A stretch of 64,000 nucleotides of DNA from Geopsychrobacteraceae bacterium (GCA_963662315.1 OY759353.1:3520001-3584000); one strand, 5' to 3'; positions 1 to 11,070 are shown, numbered from the stretch's first letter. Notes: generated by a model not told the origin, from the sequence alone. Made by a program: numbers and translations.

Positions 1-369
1 GATTATGTGCTCGACTGTATTGATAACATTACCTCTAAAATACACCTGATTCAGACCTGTTATCAGCGCCAGTTGCCGATCATTTCGGCCATGGGCGCGG
101 CCAATAAACTCGATCCAACCCAAATTGAAGTGAGTGATATCTCCCTCACCGAAAAGTGCCGCCTGGCCCGGACCATGCGCAAGGAATTGCGCAAAAGGGG
201 GATCGTCAAGGGGATCACAGTTGTTTACTCAACCGAGGAATTCCGCCCCCTAACCGGGCCGGATGCCCATGAACGTAAACCGCTGCTCGGCAGCTCTTCG
301 TATATTCCACCAATCTTTGGCCTGACCATGGCCGGTGAAGTGATACAGACCTTAATCGGAGAAAAATAA
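1..369 (+). CDS. tcdA: tRNA threonylcarbamoyladenosine dehydratase (ThiF/TcdA family), 5'-truncated by the window edge
   Basis: Motifs DCIDN..K, SAMGAANKLDPT, VVYSTE and GSSSYIPPIFG are typical of the TcdA/CsdL C-terminal half. Confidence 0.8.
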   Translation, partial: DYVLDCIDNITSKIHLIQTCYQRQLPIISAMGAANKLDPTQIEVSDISLTEKCRLARTMRKELRKRGIVKGITVVYSTEEFRPLTGPDAHERKPLLGSSSYIPPIFGLTMAGEVIQTLIGEK

Positions 370-371
370 TC

Positions 372-1127
372 ATGGATGCTTATAGCTGGCAGTTGCCGGT
401 ACTGTTCCTCGTCGGGATAGTTGCAGGAATCTTGAATGTTTTGGCTGGCGGTGGTTCGCTGCTGACCTTGCCACTGTTGATCTTCATGGGCTTACCGAGT
501 GCGGTTGCAAACGGCACTAACCGCATCGCTATTCTGTTTCAAAATTGCTTTGCTATCCGTGGTTTTCGCAAGCGGGGAGTCATGCCCTTTGATCTGGCTT
601 TACTCTGTACCCCGCCGGCACTGATCGGGAGTTGGGTCGGGGCCAATTTTGCGGTCAGCCTGGATGACCAGATGTTTAATCGCATACTGGCTTTGATAAT
701 GTTTGGGGTCATGGCGTTTACTGCTGTTGACCCGATGAAACGTTTCCGTCGTGATGACGTGACTTTCAGCTTCAGGCGTAAGGTTGCCCTGGTGATCACC
801 TTCTTTGGCGTTGGGGTTTATGGTGGTTTTGTCCAGGCCGGCGTAGGGTTTCTGATCATTACCGCTTTGCTTGTTCATGGTCTTGATCTGGTACGGATTA
901 ATGCAATAAAAGTGTTTGTCGTTTTTGTCTATACTTTTGTTGCGCTGTGGGTTTTTGTCTCGTATGGACAAATCGATTATGTGCTGGGGGTTTCTCTGGC
1001 CGCAGGCAACTCTATTGGTGGTGCGATCGCGCCACGGCTGGCGGTTGCCAAAGGGCATGACTGGATTAAAAAAGTTGTTACTGTAACAGTACTGGTTTTT
1101 GCCCTTAAATTATTGATTTTCCCATGA
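372..1127 (+). CDS. TauE/SafE (TSUP) family membrane transporter
   Basis: Multi-TM protein with AGGGSLLTLP, ANGTN and GVYGGFVQAGVG repeats. Confidence 0.85.
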   Translation: MDAYSWQLPVLFLVGIVAGILNVLAGGGSLLTLPLLIFMGLPSAVANGTNRIAILFQNCFAIRGFRKRGVMPFDLALLCTPPALIGSWVGANFAVSLDDQMFNRILALIMFGVMAFTAVDPMKRFRRDDVTFSFRRKVALVITFFGVGVYGGFVQAGVGFLIITALLVHGLDLVRINAIKVFVVFVYTFVALWVFVSYGQIDYVLGVSLAAGNSIGGAIAPRLAVAKGHDWIKKVVTVTVLVFALKLLIFP

Positions 1128-1254
1128 AAAGGTAGCTGATTGTTGACTGATTGGAGATCCGGACGTTATTATGACTCAGAGCCTTCTTAGGAGGGCCTTT
1201 TATTTGTCTGAAGTATGTGTATTACAAAATGACAGCAAACTGTCGGAGAAAAAA

Positions 1255-1779
1255 ATGGCATTAAGAAGAATATTGCATTATCCGGAGCCGGTGCTTAAAG
1301 AAAAGTCCCTTCCGGTAACCGAATTCAATGATGAACTCAAACAGTTGGCAGCTGATATGGTCGAAACCATGTACGACGCTCCGGGCGTCGGACTTGCTGC
1401 TCCTCAGGTTGGTGAACTCAAACGTCTGATTATTCTCGATTGTTCAGCCAAGGAAGAGGAAAATGACCTGATTGTGGCGGTTAATCCGGAAATTATTGCC
1501 AGCAGCGGTGATTCCCTTGAAGAGGAAGGTTGTCTGTCGGTACCCGGTTTTTACGCCAGTGTCAAACGCTTCAGTGAAGTGACCATGCGCTATCAAGACA
1601 CCGATGGCAATACTCATGAGCGGCAGGCCACCGGTTTGCTGGCGATTGGTATTCAGCATGAACTTGACCACCTTGAGGGAGTCCTGTTTGTTGATCGTCT
1701 GTCACCTTTGAAACGTTCAATGTTTAAAAAGAAATATCTTAAAATGCTGAAAGAGCAGGAAGCAGAGAATGACGCCTGA
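1255..1779 (+). CDS. def: peptide deformylase
   Basis: GVGLAAPQVG, EGCLS and QHELDHL motifs. Start moved to ATG 1255, which follows GGAG. Confidence 0.97.
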   Translation: MALRRILHYPEPVLKEKSLPVTEFNDELKQLAADMVETMYDAPGVGLAAPQVGELKRLIILDCSAKEEENDLIVAVNPEIIASSGDSLEEEGCLSVPGFYASVKRFSEVTMRYQDTDGNTHERQATGLLAIGIQHELDHLEGVLFVDRLSPLKRSMFKKKYLKMLKEQEAENDA

Positions 1780-2707
1780 AAATATCAGAACAGTTTTTAT
1801 GGGGACACCAGAGTTTGCCTTGTCAACGCTTGAGGGGCTGATCGAAGCTGGTTGCAATATGGTTGGTGTTTACACCCAGCCGGACCGTCCCAAAGGGCGG
1901 GGCAAGAAACTGGCGGCATCGCCGGTTAAAGAGCTTGCTCTTAAGCATGATATTCCGGTTTTCCAACCGCTGAAACTGCGTAACCCAGAGGCTGTCGCCG
2001 AACTTGAGACACTTAAGCCCGACCTGATTGTTGTTGTTGCCTACGGTCAGATCCTGCCGAAAGCGGTTCTGGATATTCCCAAGTATCACTGCATCAATGT
2101 TCACGCTTCGTTGCTGCCCAAGTACCGTGGTGCAGCGCCGATCAATAAGGTGATTGTCGACGGCGAAAAAGAGACCGGCGTCACCACCATGCTAATGGAT
2201 GTCGGTCTTGATACCGGCGACATGCTGGTTAAGCGTAGTCTGGAGATCGGCCCCAACGAAACGGCCGGTGAGCTGCATGATCGCCTCGCTGTGATCGGTC
2301 GTGACGCTATGGATGAAACCTTGCGTCAACTCTGTGCTGGCACTCTGACTCCGGAAAAACAGGATGATTCTTTAAGCTGTTATGCCGGAATGATGAAAAA
2401 AGAGGACGGACTGATCGACTGGGCGCAGGATGCCCAGGTTGTCCATAACCAGGTGCGTGGCCTTGATCCCTGGCCGGGAGCTTATACCTATCTGGATGGT
2501 GATGTGCTGAAAATTGCCGCGACCAGTGTAGCGGAGGGGGAAGGTGCAGCGGGAACTGTTGTTGGCGCCGACAAAACCGGCGTGCGCATTGCCTGCGGTC
2601 AGGGGGTTCTGGTCATTGATGGCTTGCAGCTTCCCGGGAAAAAGCGTCTAAGCGCAGCGAATTTTCTAAGTGGTCGACCGCTGCCTGTCGGAACCAAGCT
2701 CGGTTGA
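1769..2707 (+). CDS. fmt: methionyl-tRNA formyltransferase
   Basis: FMGTPEFA, TQPDRPKGRG and NVHASLLPKYRGAAPI motifs. Follows def. Confidence 0.97.
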   Translation: MTPENIRTVFMGTPEFALSTLEGLIEAGCNMVGVYTQPDRPKGRGKKLAASPVKELALKHDIPVFQPLKLRNPEAVAELETLKPDLIVVVAYGQILPKAVLDIPKYHCINVHASLLPKYRGAAPINKVIVDGEKETGVTTMLMDVGLDTGDMLVKRSLEIGPNETAGELHDRLAVIGRDAMDETLRQLCAGTLTPEKQDDSLSCYAGMMKKEDGLIDWAQDAQVVHNQVRGLDPWPGAYTYLDGDVLKIAATSVAEGEGAAGTVVGADKTGVRIACGQGVLVIDGLQLPGKKRLSAANFLSGRPLPVGTKLG

Positions 2708-2734
2708 TTGCGTTTTACAGAAGGAAATAAAACA

Positions 2735-3565
2735 ATGAATACCATGCGTACCGTGATGTTAATGACCTTGTTGACCCTGGTGCTGGTTGCTGCCGGGGGG
2801 GCTATTGGTGGTCAGGGCGGTGCTCTTTTTGCCCTGATCATGGCTGCTGTTATGAACCTTGGCAGCTATTGGTTTTCGGACAAGATTGTCGTCAAAATGT
2901 ATCGTGGCCAGGAAGTTCAGAGCGGGACCTTGTACGAAGTTGTCAGTGAGCTGTGTCTGCGCAACAATCTGACCATGCCTAAAGTCTATGTTTTACCCCA
3001 GTCTACCCCGAATGCCTTTGCGACCGGACGTAACCCTGCTCATGCTGTGGTCGCTGCGACTCAGGGGATTGTGCAGATTTTAAGTCGTGATGAGCTCAAA
3101 GGTGTTATGGCCCACGAGCTGGCCCACGTGCAGAATCGCGATATCCTGATCGGTTCTATTGCAGCCACTTTTGCCGGTGCCATCAGTTATTTGGCTCATA
3201 TGGCCCAGTGGGCATTGATTTTCGGCGGAGGCCGAGATGATGAAGATAATAACCCTCTGGCTATGATCGGCATGATGATTTTGGCTCCGATTGCGGCGAT
3301 GCTGGTGCAGATGGCGATTTCACGCTCGCGTGAATATGGTGCCGATGAGACCGGAGCGAAACTGTGTGGACAGCCCCATGCTTTGGCCAGTGCGTTACGC
3401 AAGCTGGAAATGTCCAATCAGAGGGCTCCAATGAATAATATCAATGAGGCAACGGCTCACATGTTTATTGTTAATCCGTTATCGGGTAACAAGATGGCGA
3501 GCCTGTTTTCAACCCATCCACCGATGGAAGAGCGCATCAGGCGCCTGGAAGGGATGCGGATCTAA
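2735..3565 (+). CDS. htpX: zinc metalloprotease HtpX
   Basis: [24 protein letters not shown] and LFSTHPP motifs with N-terminal TM helices. Confidence 0.95.
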   Translation: MNTMRTVMLMTLLTLVLVAAGGAIGGQGGALFALIMAAVMNLGSYWFSDKIVVKMYRGQEVQSGTLYEVVSELCLRNNLTMPKVYVLPQSTPNAFATGRNPAHAVVAATQGIVQILSRDELKGVMAHELAHVQNRDILIGSIAATFAGAISYLAHMAQWALIFGGGRDDEDNNPLAMIGMMILAPIAAMLVQMAISRSREYGADETGAKLCGQPHALASALRKLEMSNQRAPMNNINEATAHMFIVNPLSGNKMASLFSTHPPMEERIRRLEGMRI

Positions 3566-3567
3566 CT

Positions 3568-4926
3568 TTGTTTACTCCTGCTGATGCCAGCCCGCGGCGG
3601 CTGGCCTATGATATTTTAGAAAGGGTTGCCGAAGGTGCCTATGCAGATATGGTGCTTGACGCAGCCCTTAGTCGTTCGGTTTTGGATGAGCGTGACCGCC
3701 GTCTGGTGACGGAGTTGGTCTATGGTGTCCTGCGTTTGCGTGGGCGGCTTGATTTTGCTCTGTCGCCATTTTGCAGCCGTCCTTTGCAGCGCCTGCAGCC
3801 AGGAATTTTGTGGCTGCTGCGCCTGGGAGCTTACCAACTGCTCGAGCTTGATCGGGTTCCGTCCCATGCCGCCGTCAGTGCAACTGTAGATCTGGCGCGG
3901 GAGGTCGGCTTTGACAAGGCGACCGGATTGATAAACGGTGTCCTGCGCGCTTTGAATCGTGGTCAGGATGAGATTCCATGGCCGCCCCCTGAGCAGATCA
4001 AACTCTATCTGCAGCATGTTTGCAGCATGCCGGTGTGGCTCACCAAAGAGCTGATGCGGCAGTTGCCAAATGCCGAGGCGCGGGCTTTTGCCGAGAGTCT
4101 GGCGACTCCGGCACCACTCACTTTGCGGGTCAATACCCTGAAAACCGATCCCGAAAGCTTTGCTGCGGCTATGAGTGCGGCTGGTCACCAGCTGCGTCCC
4201 GGGACTTATGTTCCTGAGGTCTTTGTGCTCGAACAACGTGGTGAAAATCCCTTCCCCGGTAATCAGGAAGGCTGGTATCAGGTCCAGGATGAAGCCAGCA
4301 GTTTGATTGCCCACTTGGTCGATGCTCAGCCAGGGCAACGGATTCTGGATGCCTGTGCGGCTCCTGGCGGGAAAACGACGGCGATGGCGGCTTTGACCAA
4401 TAACCAGGCTGAGATTATCGCTCTCGATAAGTACCCTCAGCGGGTTGACCTGATCAAACAAGGGTGTGAGCGCCTTGGCTGTACCACGGTTACTGCTCAG
4501 CAATGTGACCTTACCGTGGTCCCCGATTTTCTCGCAGCGGAAAGTTTTGACCGAGTTCTGCTTGACGCTCCCTGCAGCGGTCTTGGGGTGCTGCGTCGCA
4601 ACCCGGAGGGGCGCTGGAATAAGGGGCCGGCAAACATCAAAGAGCTTGCGGTCCTGCAACAGGAGTTGCTGGCCAACATTGCTCCCCTGGTTAAGCCGGG
4701 CGGCAAGCTGCTCTATTCCCTGTGTACCTTCAGTTACGGGGAAAGCGATGCTGTGGTTGAGGCTTTCCTGGAAGGTCACCCGCAGTTCGAGCTGGAGGAT
4801 TTGCGCGAAAGCTATCCTCATTGGACAGAGTTGATGACGGAACGGGGGCTGTTACGGACATATCCTCATCGCCACCACGGGATAGATGCTTTTTTTGCCG
4901 CGCGTTTCAGGCGCCGGGAAAAGTAA
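3568..4926 (+). CDS. rsmB: 16S rRNA m5C967 methyltransferase
   Basis: NusB-like N-terminus; QDEAS, LDACAAPGGKT, DAPCSGLG and YSLCT motifs. Confidence 0.93.
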   Translation: MFTPADASPRRLAYDILERVAEGAYADMVLDAALSRSVLDERDRRLVTELVYGVLRLRGRLDFALSPFCSRPLQRLQPGILWLLRLGAYQLLELDRVPSHAAVSATVDLAREVGFDKATGLINGVLRALNRGQDEIPWPPPEQIKLYLQHVCSMPVWLTKELMRQLPNAEARAFAESLATPAPLTLRVNTLKTDPESFAAAMSAAGHQLRPGTYVPEVFVLEQRGENPFPGNQEGWYQVQDEASSLIAHLVDAQPGQRILDACAAPGGKTTAMAALTNNQAEIIALDKYPQRVDLIKQGCERLGCTTVTAQQCDLTVVPDFLAAESFDRVLLDAPCSGLGVLRRNPEGRWNKGPANIKELAVLQQELLANIAPLVKPGGKLLYSLCTFSYGESDAVVEAFLEGHPQFELEDLRESYPHWTELMTERGLLRTYPHRHHGIDAFFAARFRRREK

Positions 4927-4971
4927 TTTTAGATTTTGAACGCTTTTTAAACATAGGAATGGAAAATTCTG

Positions 4972-5637
4972 ATGATGAAAATTGCCCCTTCTATCCTCTC
5001 CGCCGATTTTGCTCGTCTTGGTGAAGAGATTCAAGCCATCGAAAAAGGTGGTGCAGACTATGTTCATATTGATGTCATGGATGGCCACTTTGTTCCCAAT
5101 ATCACCATCGGACCATTGGTCGTTGATGCTATCAGGCCGGTTACAACCCTGCCTCTTGATGTTCACCTGATGATTGAAAATCCGGGACAGTATATTCCCG
5201 AGTTTGCTAAAGCCGGTGCCGATATCATTGTTGTTCATGCCGAAGCGGATCGCCATCTGCACCGTACAGTCCAGCTGATCAAGTCCTTGGGTAAAAAGGC
5301 TGGCGTATCGCTTAATCCGGCCACGTCCTTAAGTGCACTTGATATGATCCTGCCTGATCTGGATCTGGTGCTGCTGATGACGGTCAATCCTGGTTTTGGC
5401 GGCCAATCCTTTATCCCGTCCTGTCTGCCCAAGATCAAACAGCTCAGGGAGCGGATTGTCAGTTTGAGGTTAGATATCGAGCTGGAGGTTGACGGCGGTG
5501 TAAAGGTTGATAATATTGCTGAGGTCGCTGCCGCCGGAGCTGATGTATTTGTTGCCGGGAGTGCTGTATTTAACAGCCCTGACTATGCGGAAACGATTTC
5601 TCAACTAAAAGACAACGCCCAAAGGGCATGCCTGTAA
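4972..5637 (+). CDS. rpe: ribulose-phosphate 3-epimerase
   Basis: [32 protein letters not shown] and EVDGG motifs. Confidence 0.97.
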   Translation: MMKIAPSILSADFARLGEEIQAIEKGGADYVHIDVMDGHFVPNITIGPLVVDAIRPVTTLPLDVHLMIENPGQYIPEFAKAGADIIVVHAEADRHLHRTVQLIKSLGKKAGVSLNPATSLSALDMILPDLDLVLLMTVNPGFGGQSFIPSCLPKIKQLRERIVSLRLDIELEVDGGVKVDNIAEVAAAGADVFVAGSAVFNSPDYAETISQLKDNAQRACL

Positions 5638-5658
5638 TTTCATGAGGGGGGAGGGTTC

Positions 5659-6075
5659 ATGCTGCTGCGAATTGTTCTGCTGGTATTATTACTGTTGAGC
5701 GGGGGGTGCTTTAAAACTCCACAGCTTGGGCCTGACCTGCCGGAACTGACTGATGATTTTCGTGAAGCGATGCGCTGGAAAGATTTCACAACAGCTGCCG
5801 GCTATATGACTCCCGAAGTGCGGGATGATTTTAATCTGAAGTTTACTGAAGATAAAGATCTGTACGTTGTCGGCAGTAAATTCCGCAGTGTCACTATGCA
5901 TGTTGATGAGCAATGGGCTGAAGCCCTTTATGTTCTCGAATACTACCGGCTTCCTTCATCACGTATTAAGGAATGGCACTGGACTCAGCGCTGGAAAATC
6001 GTCAGCGATGGTGGCGTCACCCACGCAGATGTTTGGCAGATCAGTGAGATGGCGCCGCCGGTACCCTGGAAATAG
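5659..6075 (+). CDS. hypothetical lipoprotein
   Basis: Hydrophobic signal ending in LSGGC, with a purine-rich RBS upstream. Confidence 0.7.
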   Translation: MLLRIVLLVLLLLSGGCFKTPQLGPDLPELTDDFREAMRWKDFTTAAGYMTPEVRDDFNLKFTEDKDLYVVGSKFRSVTMHVDEQWAEALYVLEYYRLPSSRIKEWHWTQRWKIVSDGGVTHADVWQISEMAPPVPWK

Positions 6076-6215
6076 TGGGTATTTGTTCGAAAATGACCGA
6101 TACTGTCTTCAGGTTAATCGATGCCCCTGATGAATAGCTTCTGCCGCGCGTCCAATAACCTGTTTTTGCTAGATTTTCCCCATCTTTGTCGGGTGTGTCC
6201 CAGGAAAAAATAGCC

Positions 6216-6261
6216 TTGATTTAGTAACGCTGTTTGTGGTATCAAGCTGCATACTGTATAC
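6216..6261 (+). promoter_or_regulatory. sigma-70 promoter of sfrBA with an HgtR-like operator (GCATACTGTATAC, 6249-6261)
   Basis: TTGATT at 6216 and TGnTATCAA at 6237-6245. The near-palindrome just downstream reads GTATACAGTATGC on the minus strand, resembling the Geobacter HgtR site as recalled. Confidence 0.55.
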
Positions 6262-6363
6262 GATTCTCATGTCTGAAAACCTTCAGATTATCTGTTGAAC
6301 TTCCGCATATTAAGCTTTGGTTCCTTCGCTTTGAAGGTTCTGGGCAGGTCATAGGAGGCAGGT

Positions 6364-8391
6364 TTGTCACAGGTTTCATTTTCCAGTTGGGGACGACAGG
6401 TTGTCGATAATCGCCAGGGGGGGGACGCTCCTGTAGAAGTCGCCAGTAAAAAACTGCCGGTAACTTTTGACGGTGAAAAACAAATTGCGGCTTTTATGGG
6501 TTGGGATGGCATCATCATCAACGACCCTGGGGTTGATGTTGTGGCAATGGCTGCCGAATACGCCCGTCGCGTTCAGGAAGATTACTGCTGTGCCAAGTGT
6601 TCCCCCGGCAAAAAGGGGACACGGGTCATGCAGGATACTCTGGCACGTATTGTCAATGGTGAAGGAACTGAATCCGACCTGGATACCATAGAGAATGTTG
6701 CCGACCTGCTGCAGAACTGCAAGTGTACCCTGTGCCAAACTTCGGCTACGCCAATCGTCGACAGTGTCCGACACTACCGGGCAGAGTTCCTGGCCTACAT
6801 CAACAACGCTGAAAAAACCGTAAAGAAAAGCGTTGATTACAAAATCAAGTTGACCGCTCCCTGTCAGGATAAATGCCCGGCTCATATTGATATTCCGGCT
6901 TATATCGAAGCGATCAAAAATCGACGTTTTGATGAATCCTTAGCCGTTATCCGGGAAAGTATGCCGCTCCCGGCAGTGTGTGGCCGTGTTTGTCCGCATC
7001 CTTGTGAAACCGCCTGTCGTCGTGCCAATGTCGATGAGCCGATCAATATCATGGTGTTGAAAAGGACCGCTTCCGATTACGAGTGGCAGCATCACCACCA
7101 ACCCCCCATGCAGCCTAAGCCTAAAAAAGATAAAACCATAGCGATTGTCGGCGCCGGACCTGCGGGATTGGCTGCTGCCTACTATCTGGCCATGGAGGGG
7201 TTCCCCTGTACCATTTATGAAGCACTTCCGGAAGGTTTTGGCGGCGGTATGATTGCTGTCGGGATCCCGGCCTACCGTATGCCACGCCATATTCTTCAGC
7301 GTGATATCGACATCATCTGTTCTCTGGGTGTTGACATTGTCTATAATACCCGGGTTGGTACCGATATCAGCCTGATGGAGCTTAAAGACAAGTTTGATGC
7401 GGTGCTGGTTGCCCCCGGTGCCCATAAATCGAAACCGATGGGTGTTGAAGGCGAAGACGAGGGTTACAGTGGTTTCCTGGCCGGAGGGATTGAGTTTCTG
7501 CGTGATGCCTACATGGGCAAACCAACCGGTATGGGGAAAAAGGTCTGCGTTGTTGGCGGTGGCAACACGGCTATAGACTGTGTCCGTGTTGCTCTGCGCG
7601 AAGGTGCGGAACAATCGGTACTGCTCTATCGCCGGACCCGCAACGAAATGCCGGCCGATACCTGGGAAATTGACGGTGCCGACGAGGAAGGCGTTCAGTT
7701 TGAATTTTTGGTGCTGCCGAAAAAGATCATCGTTGATGATAAGCGGCAGGTCACCGGTGTTGAGTGTGTGCGTATGGAACTGGGCGAGCCGGATGATTCA
7801 GGGCGACGGCGTCCGCAGCCGATTCCGGGTAGCGAGTTTATCGTTGAATGTGACACACTCATTCCGGCTATCGGCCAGGATCCGGATCTGTCATTTATCA
7901 ATGAAGAGAGCGGCATCGGAATCACCCGCTGGAAAACCGTGATTACCAAATTTGTTCCCCTTAAAAACGCTGTGGGGCGTGATCTGAACGATGTCATGGG
8001 TAATCCGTTGTCACGGACCCTGATGACTGATCTTGACGGGGTGTTTGCCTCCGGCGATGCTGAAATCGGCCCGCTTACTGTCGTTGCCTGTGTTGGAAAT
8101 GCTCACCGTGCTGCGCGGGTCATTCAGCGCTGGCTGGAAGAGGGGGAAGCTTATCTGACCGATGAAGATTTCCATGAGGATATTCTGACCCATATGGGTG
8201 TTTATGATAAGAACGAAGAGGTGCCCTGGCTCGATGCCGTAGAACGTTTTAATCAGAAAGAGGTTCATGGCAAACAACGCGCCAGCAAAGGGAATTATAA
8301 CGAGGTCGAGCTTGGTTTCAGCGATAGTGATGCCGTAACGGAAGCGGAGCGTTGCCTGCGCTGTTATCGGGTGTCGATGATTGCTGTTTGA
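6364..8391 (+). CDS. sfrB: NADPH oxidoreductase beta subunit (GltD-like FAD/Fe-S protein)
   Basis: N-terminus SQVSFSSWGR...AAFMGWDG, CCAKCSPG, APCQDKCPAH, GRVCPHPCE, GAGPAG and GGGNTAID; closely resembles Geobacter SfrB. Confidence 0.85.
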   Translation: MSQVSFSSWGRQVVDNRQGGDAPVEVASKKLPVTFDGEKQIAAFMGWDGIIINDPGVDVVAMAAEYARRVQEDYCCAKCSPGKKGTRVMQDTLARIVNGEGTESDLDTIENVADLLQNCKCTLCQTSATPIVDSVRHYRAEFLAYINNAEKTVKKSVDYKIKLTAPCQDKCPAHIDIPAYIEAIKNRRFDESLAVIRESMPLPAVCGRVCPHPCETACRRANVDEPINIMVLKRTASDYEWQHHHQPPMQPKPKKDKTIAIVGAGPAGLAAAYYLAMEGFPCTIYEALPEGFGGGMIAVGIPAYRMPRHILQRDIDIICSLGVDIVYNTRVGTDISLMELKDKFDAVLVAPGAHKSKPMGVEGEDEGYSGFLAGGIEFLRDAYMGKPTGMGKKVCVVGGGNTAIDCVRVALREGAEQSVLLYRRTRNEMPADTWEIDGADEEGVQFEFLVLPKKIIVDDKRQVTGVECVRMELGEPDDSGRRRPQPIPGSEFIVECDTLIPAIGQDPDLSFINEESGIGITRWKTVITKFVPLKNAVGRDLNDVMGNPLSRTLMTDLDGVFASGDAEIGPLTVVACVGNAHRAARVIQRWLEEGEAYLTDEDFHEDILTHMGVYDKNEEVPWLDAVERFNQKEVHGKQRASKGNYNEVELGFSDSDAVTEAERCLRCYRVSMIAV

Positions 8392-8492
8392 CAATCAATT
8401 TACAGTCTGGAAACTGGCTTGTAGTGGTTACTGATTATAAATTGATATCACATAAGGTTGTATTTGCAGCCGGGATCTGAGGTGAGAGGATA

Positions 8493-11042
8493 ATGGTCAA
8501 CCTGACAATAGATGGTAAGGCGATTAGCGTTCCCAAGGGCACGACAATACTGGAAGCCGCCCGAAAACTGGATATTCATATTCCAACGCTGTGCTGGCTG
8601 GAAAAGGTATCGACCACCGGTGCCTGCCGTATTTGTGCGGTTGAAATTGAAGGCGTTGAGCGTCCTATGACGGCCTGTAACACTCCGGTTAAAGAGGGGA
8701 TCAACGTCACCACTCAGTCCGAGCGTTTGACGCGAACCCGCAAGCAGATCATGGAACTGATCCTGGTCAATCATCCCCTTGACTGTCCGGTCTGTGATGC
8801 TGGTGGCGAATGCGAACTGCAGAACGCCTGTTATGATCTTGACGTCACCCGCCAGGAGTTTAGCGCTGAAGATGTCAATCCCGCGACCATTGACCACTGG
8901 CCATTGATCCAGCAGGTACCTTCCCGCTGCATCCTGTGTGAAAAGTGTGTCAAGGTCTGCCACGAGATTGTTGGTGCTGACGCTCTCTTTGTTAATGCCA
9001 AGGGAGACCGGGCTTATATTGATAAAAAGCTGGACAATTGCACCTTTTGTGGCAATTGTGTCTCTGTCTGTCCGACCGGTACCATGATTTCCAAGCCGTT
9101 CAAATTTAAAGCACGCCCCTGGCAACTTAAAAAAACTCCTTCGGTTTGCCATTACTGTGGCAGTCAGTGTCAGATTGATATTCATACCCTCGACAATAAA
9201 GTTTGTCGTATTACCTCTGATGATAACGGGACTGTGAACAACGGTAACCTGTGTATTGGCGGTTTTTTCAGTTATGGTTTTGTCAATAGCTCGCAGCGCC
9301 TCAAAGAGCCGATGGTGGAAGGGAAAACGGTGAGCTGGGATACGGCTCTCGCAAGTACGGTCAGTGAAATCAAGCGGATTGTTGCAGAAAGTGGAGCGGG
9401 TGCTGTTGCGGGGCTGGCTTCTCCACGTCTGACCAACGAAGAAAATTATCTTTTCCAGAAAATGTTCCGGGCTGCCATTGGCAGCAATAATATTGACAGT
9501 GAAGCACGTTTTGGTGCCATGCGCGCTTTGCGTGCGTTGGATAAAGGCTTGGGGCTGCGCGGTGCCAGCAATAAGCTGAGCGCAATTGCCAAAGCGGATG
9601 CCGTTTTGGTTATTGGTGCCGATCCAACCGCAGAAGCACCGGCAATTGAATGGCAGATTCGCAAGGCAACAAGTCACAATAATGCCAAGCTTATTGTTGC
9701 CAACATGCGCAAGATTCATCTTGATGATCTGGCCAATAGCAATCTTGTTTATAAACCTGGCAGCGAAATCTGGGTGGTCAAAGGACTTGTCGCTTTATTG
9801 CGGAAGGGTGGCTACATAGATCTTGACGCATTTGATGGGCAGATTTCAAATTTCGCGGAATTAAAAGCGGATATTGACGCAACTGATCTTGATAAGGTTG
9901 TGTCTCTCACCGGATTGAGCATTGACCAGCTGCGGGAAGCAGCAACTATTCTTGGTCGTGCGGAAAAGGTGGCCATTGTTTTTGGTGGTGATGTCATCCG
10001 CTCACCTTTTGGATTATCCAAGTCTGGCAGCATAGCAAATCTGGCCATTTTGACCGGTGCATTGACACGCGGTGGTGGTCTGTATCCACTTGATGAAAAA
10101 GGTAATATGCAGGGAATCCTTGATATGGGAGTCAACCCTGAATCGTTACCGGGTTATCAGGATTATGCCACCGCTGCTGATCGATTTGGTAAGGCCTGGG
10201 GGTGCTCTCTACCTGAGGGAGGACTTGACAGTGACGGAATTTTGCAGGAAATGGAAGCTGGCAAGATTCGCTGTCTCTATCTGGCCGCAGCAAACCCTCA
10301 AAGTTTTCCCAATAGCAACCGCTGGTTAAAAGCTCTGGAGAAGGTTCATGTTCTTATTGTTCAGGATATCTTCCCTTCGGCTGTAACGCGCCTGGCCAAG
10401 ATTGTTCTTCCGGCAACGACCTTTGCTGAGAAGACCGGCAGTTATACGTCCCTTGATCACCGTGTTGCCAGCCTCGGAAAGGCTCTGAATAATAATGCCG
10501 GCAGCCGAAGTGATTGGGATATTTTGAGTGCCCTGTATCAGCACTTGACCGATGCACAGCATCCTGTCTCCATGCAGGCTGTCAATGCCGAGATTGGGCA
10601 GTTGACAGATTTGTACAACGGAGCTCAAAGCTGTGGCGGTACGCAGCGTCCATATCGCCAGACAGCTCTCTATCAGGTTCCTGTTAAAGGACTGCAGTAC
10701 CAACTCATAACTGGTGACGATGAAGTAGAAGGTCTGCAATTCCTGACCGGAGCTTCGAATACTCACTTTGGCACGACCTCAACGTGGGCCAGTGCACCTA
10801 TGGAAGTTGAAGCAGAATGCCGGGTGCAGATTAATCCGGCCGATGCTGAAAAAGCCGGAATAGTCACTGATGACATGGTTAAACTGAGCAGCACCAATGG
10901 TACCGTTGTTGTTAAGGCGCTGGTTACCGATGCCGTTCAGCAAGGTCTGCTGTTTGCGCCATATAATTTCCCGGATTGTAATGTTCAGGGTGTGTTGTCT
11001 GACGGGAGTAACCGGGCGACCGTTGATATTGTCAAGGTATAA
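8493..11042 (+). CDS. sfrA: NADPH oxidoreductase alpha subunit (NuoG/FdhF-like multi-Fe-S protein)
   Basis: IPTLC, GACRIC, HPLDCPVCDAGGECELQ, CILCEKC, CTFCGNC and CHYCGSQC motifs. Follows sfrB. Confidence 0.85.
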   Translation: MVNLTIDGKAISVPKGTTILEAARKLDIHIPTLCWLEKVSTTGACRICAVEIEGVERPMTACNTPVKEGINVTTQSERLTRTRKQIMELILVNHPLDCPVCDAGGECELQNACYDLDVTRQEFSAEDVNPATIDHWPLIQQVPSRCILCEKCVKVCHEIVGADALFVNAKGDRAYIDKKLDNCTFCGNCVSVCPTGTMISKPFKFKARPWQLKKTPSVCHYCGSQCQIDIHTLDNKVCRITSDDNGTVNNGNLCIGGFFSYGFVNSSQRLKEPMVEGKTVSWDTALASTVSEIKRIVAESGAGAVAGLASPRLTNEENYLFQKMFRAAIGSNNIDSEARFGAMRALRALDKGLGLRGASNKLSAIAKADAVLVIGADPTAEAPAIEWQIRKATSHNNAKLIVANMRKIHLDDLANSNLVYKPGSEIWVVKGLVALLRKGGYIDLDAFDGQISNFAELKADIDATDLDKVVSLTGLSIDQLREAATILGRAEKVAIVFGGDVIRSPFGLSKSGSIANLAILTGALTRGGGLYPLDEKGNMQGILDMGVNPESLPGYQDYATAADRFGKAWGCSLPEGGLDSDGILQEMEAGKIRCLYLAAANPQSFPNSNRWLKALEKVHVLIVQDIFPSAVTRLAKIVLPATTFAEKTGSYTSLDHRVASLGKALNNNAGSRSDWDILSALYQHLTDAQHPVSMQAVNAEIGQLTDLYNGAQSCGGTQRPYRQTALYQVPVKGLQYQLITGDDEVEGLQFLTGASNTHFGTTSTWASAPMEVEAECRVQINPADAEKAGIVTDDMVKLSSTNGTVVVKALVTDAVQQGLLFAPYNFPDCNVQGVLSDGSNRATVDIVKV

Positions 11043-11070
11043 AGGGAAACGGTTGTTTGTGAAGATTTTT

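Noticed and set aside
3616..4821. Long antisense ORFs (also 8448-9719, 29730-30818, 38101-38991, 46731-47669, 62338-63645)
   Set aside because: They shadow well-supported genes on the opposite strand and have no recognisable motifs.
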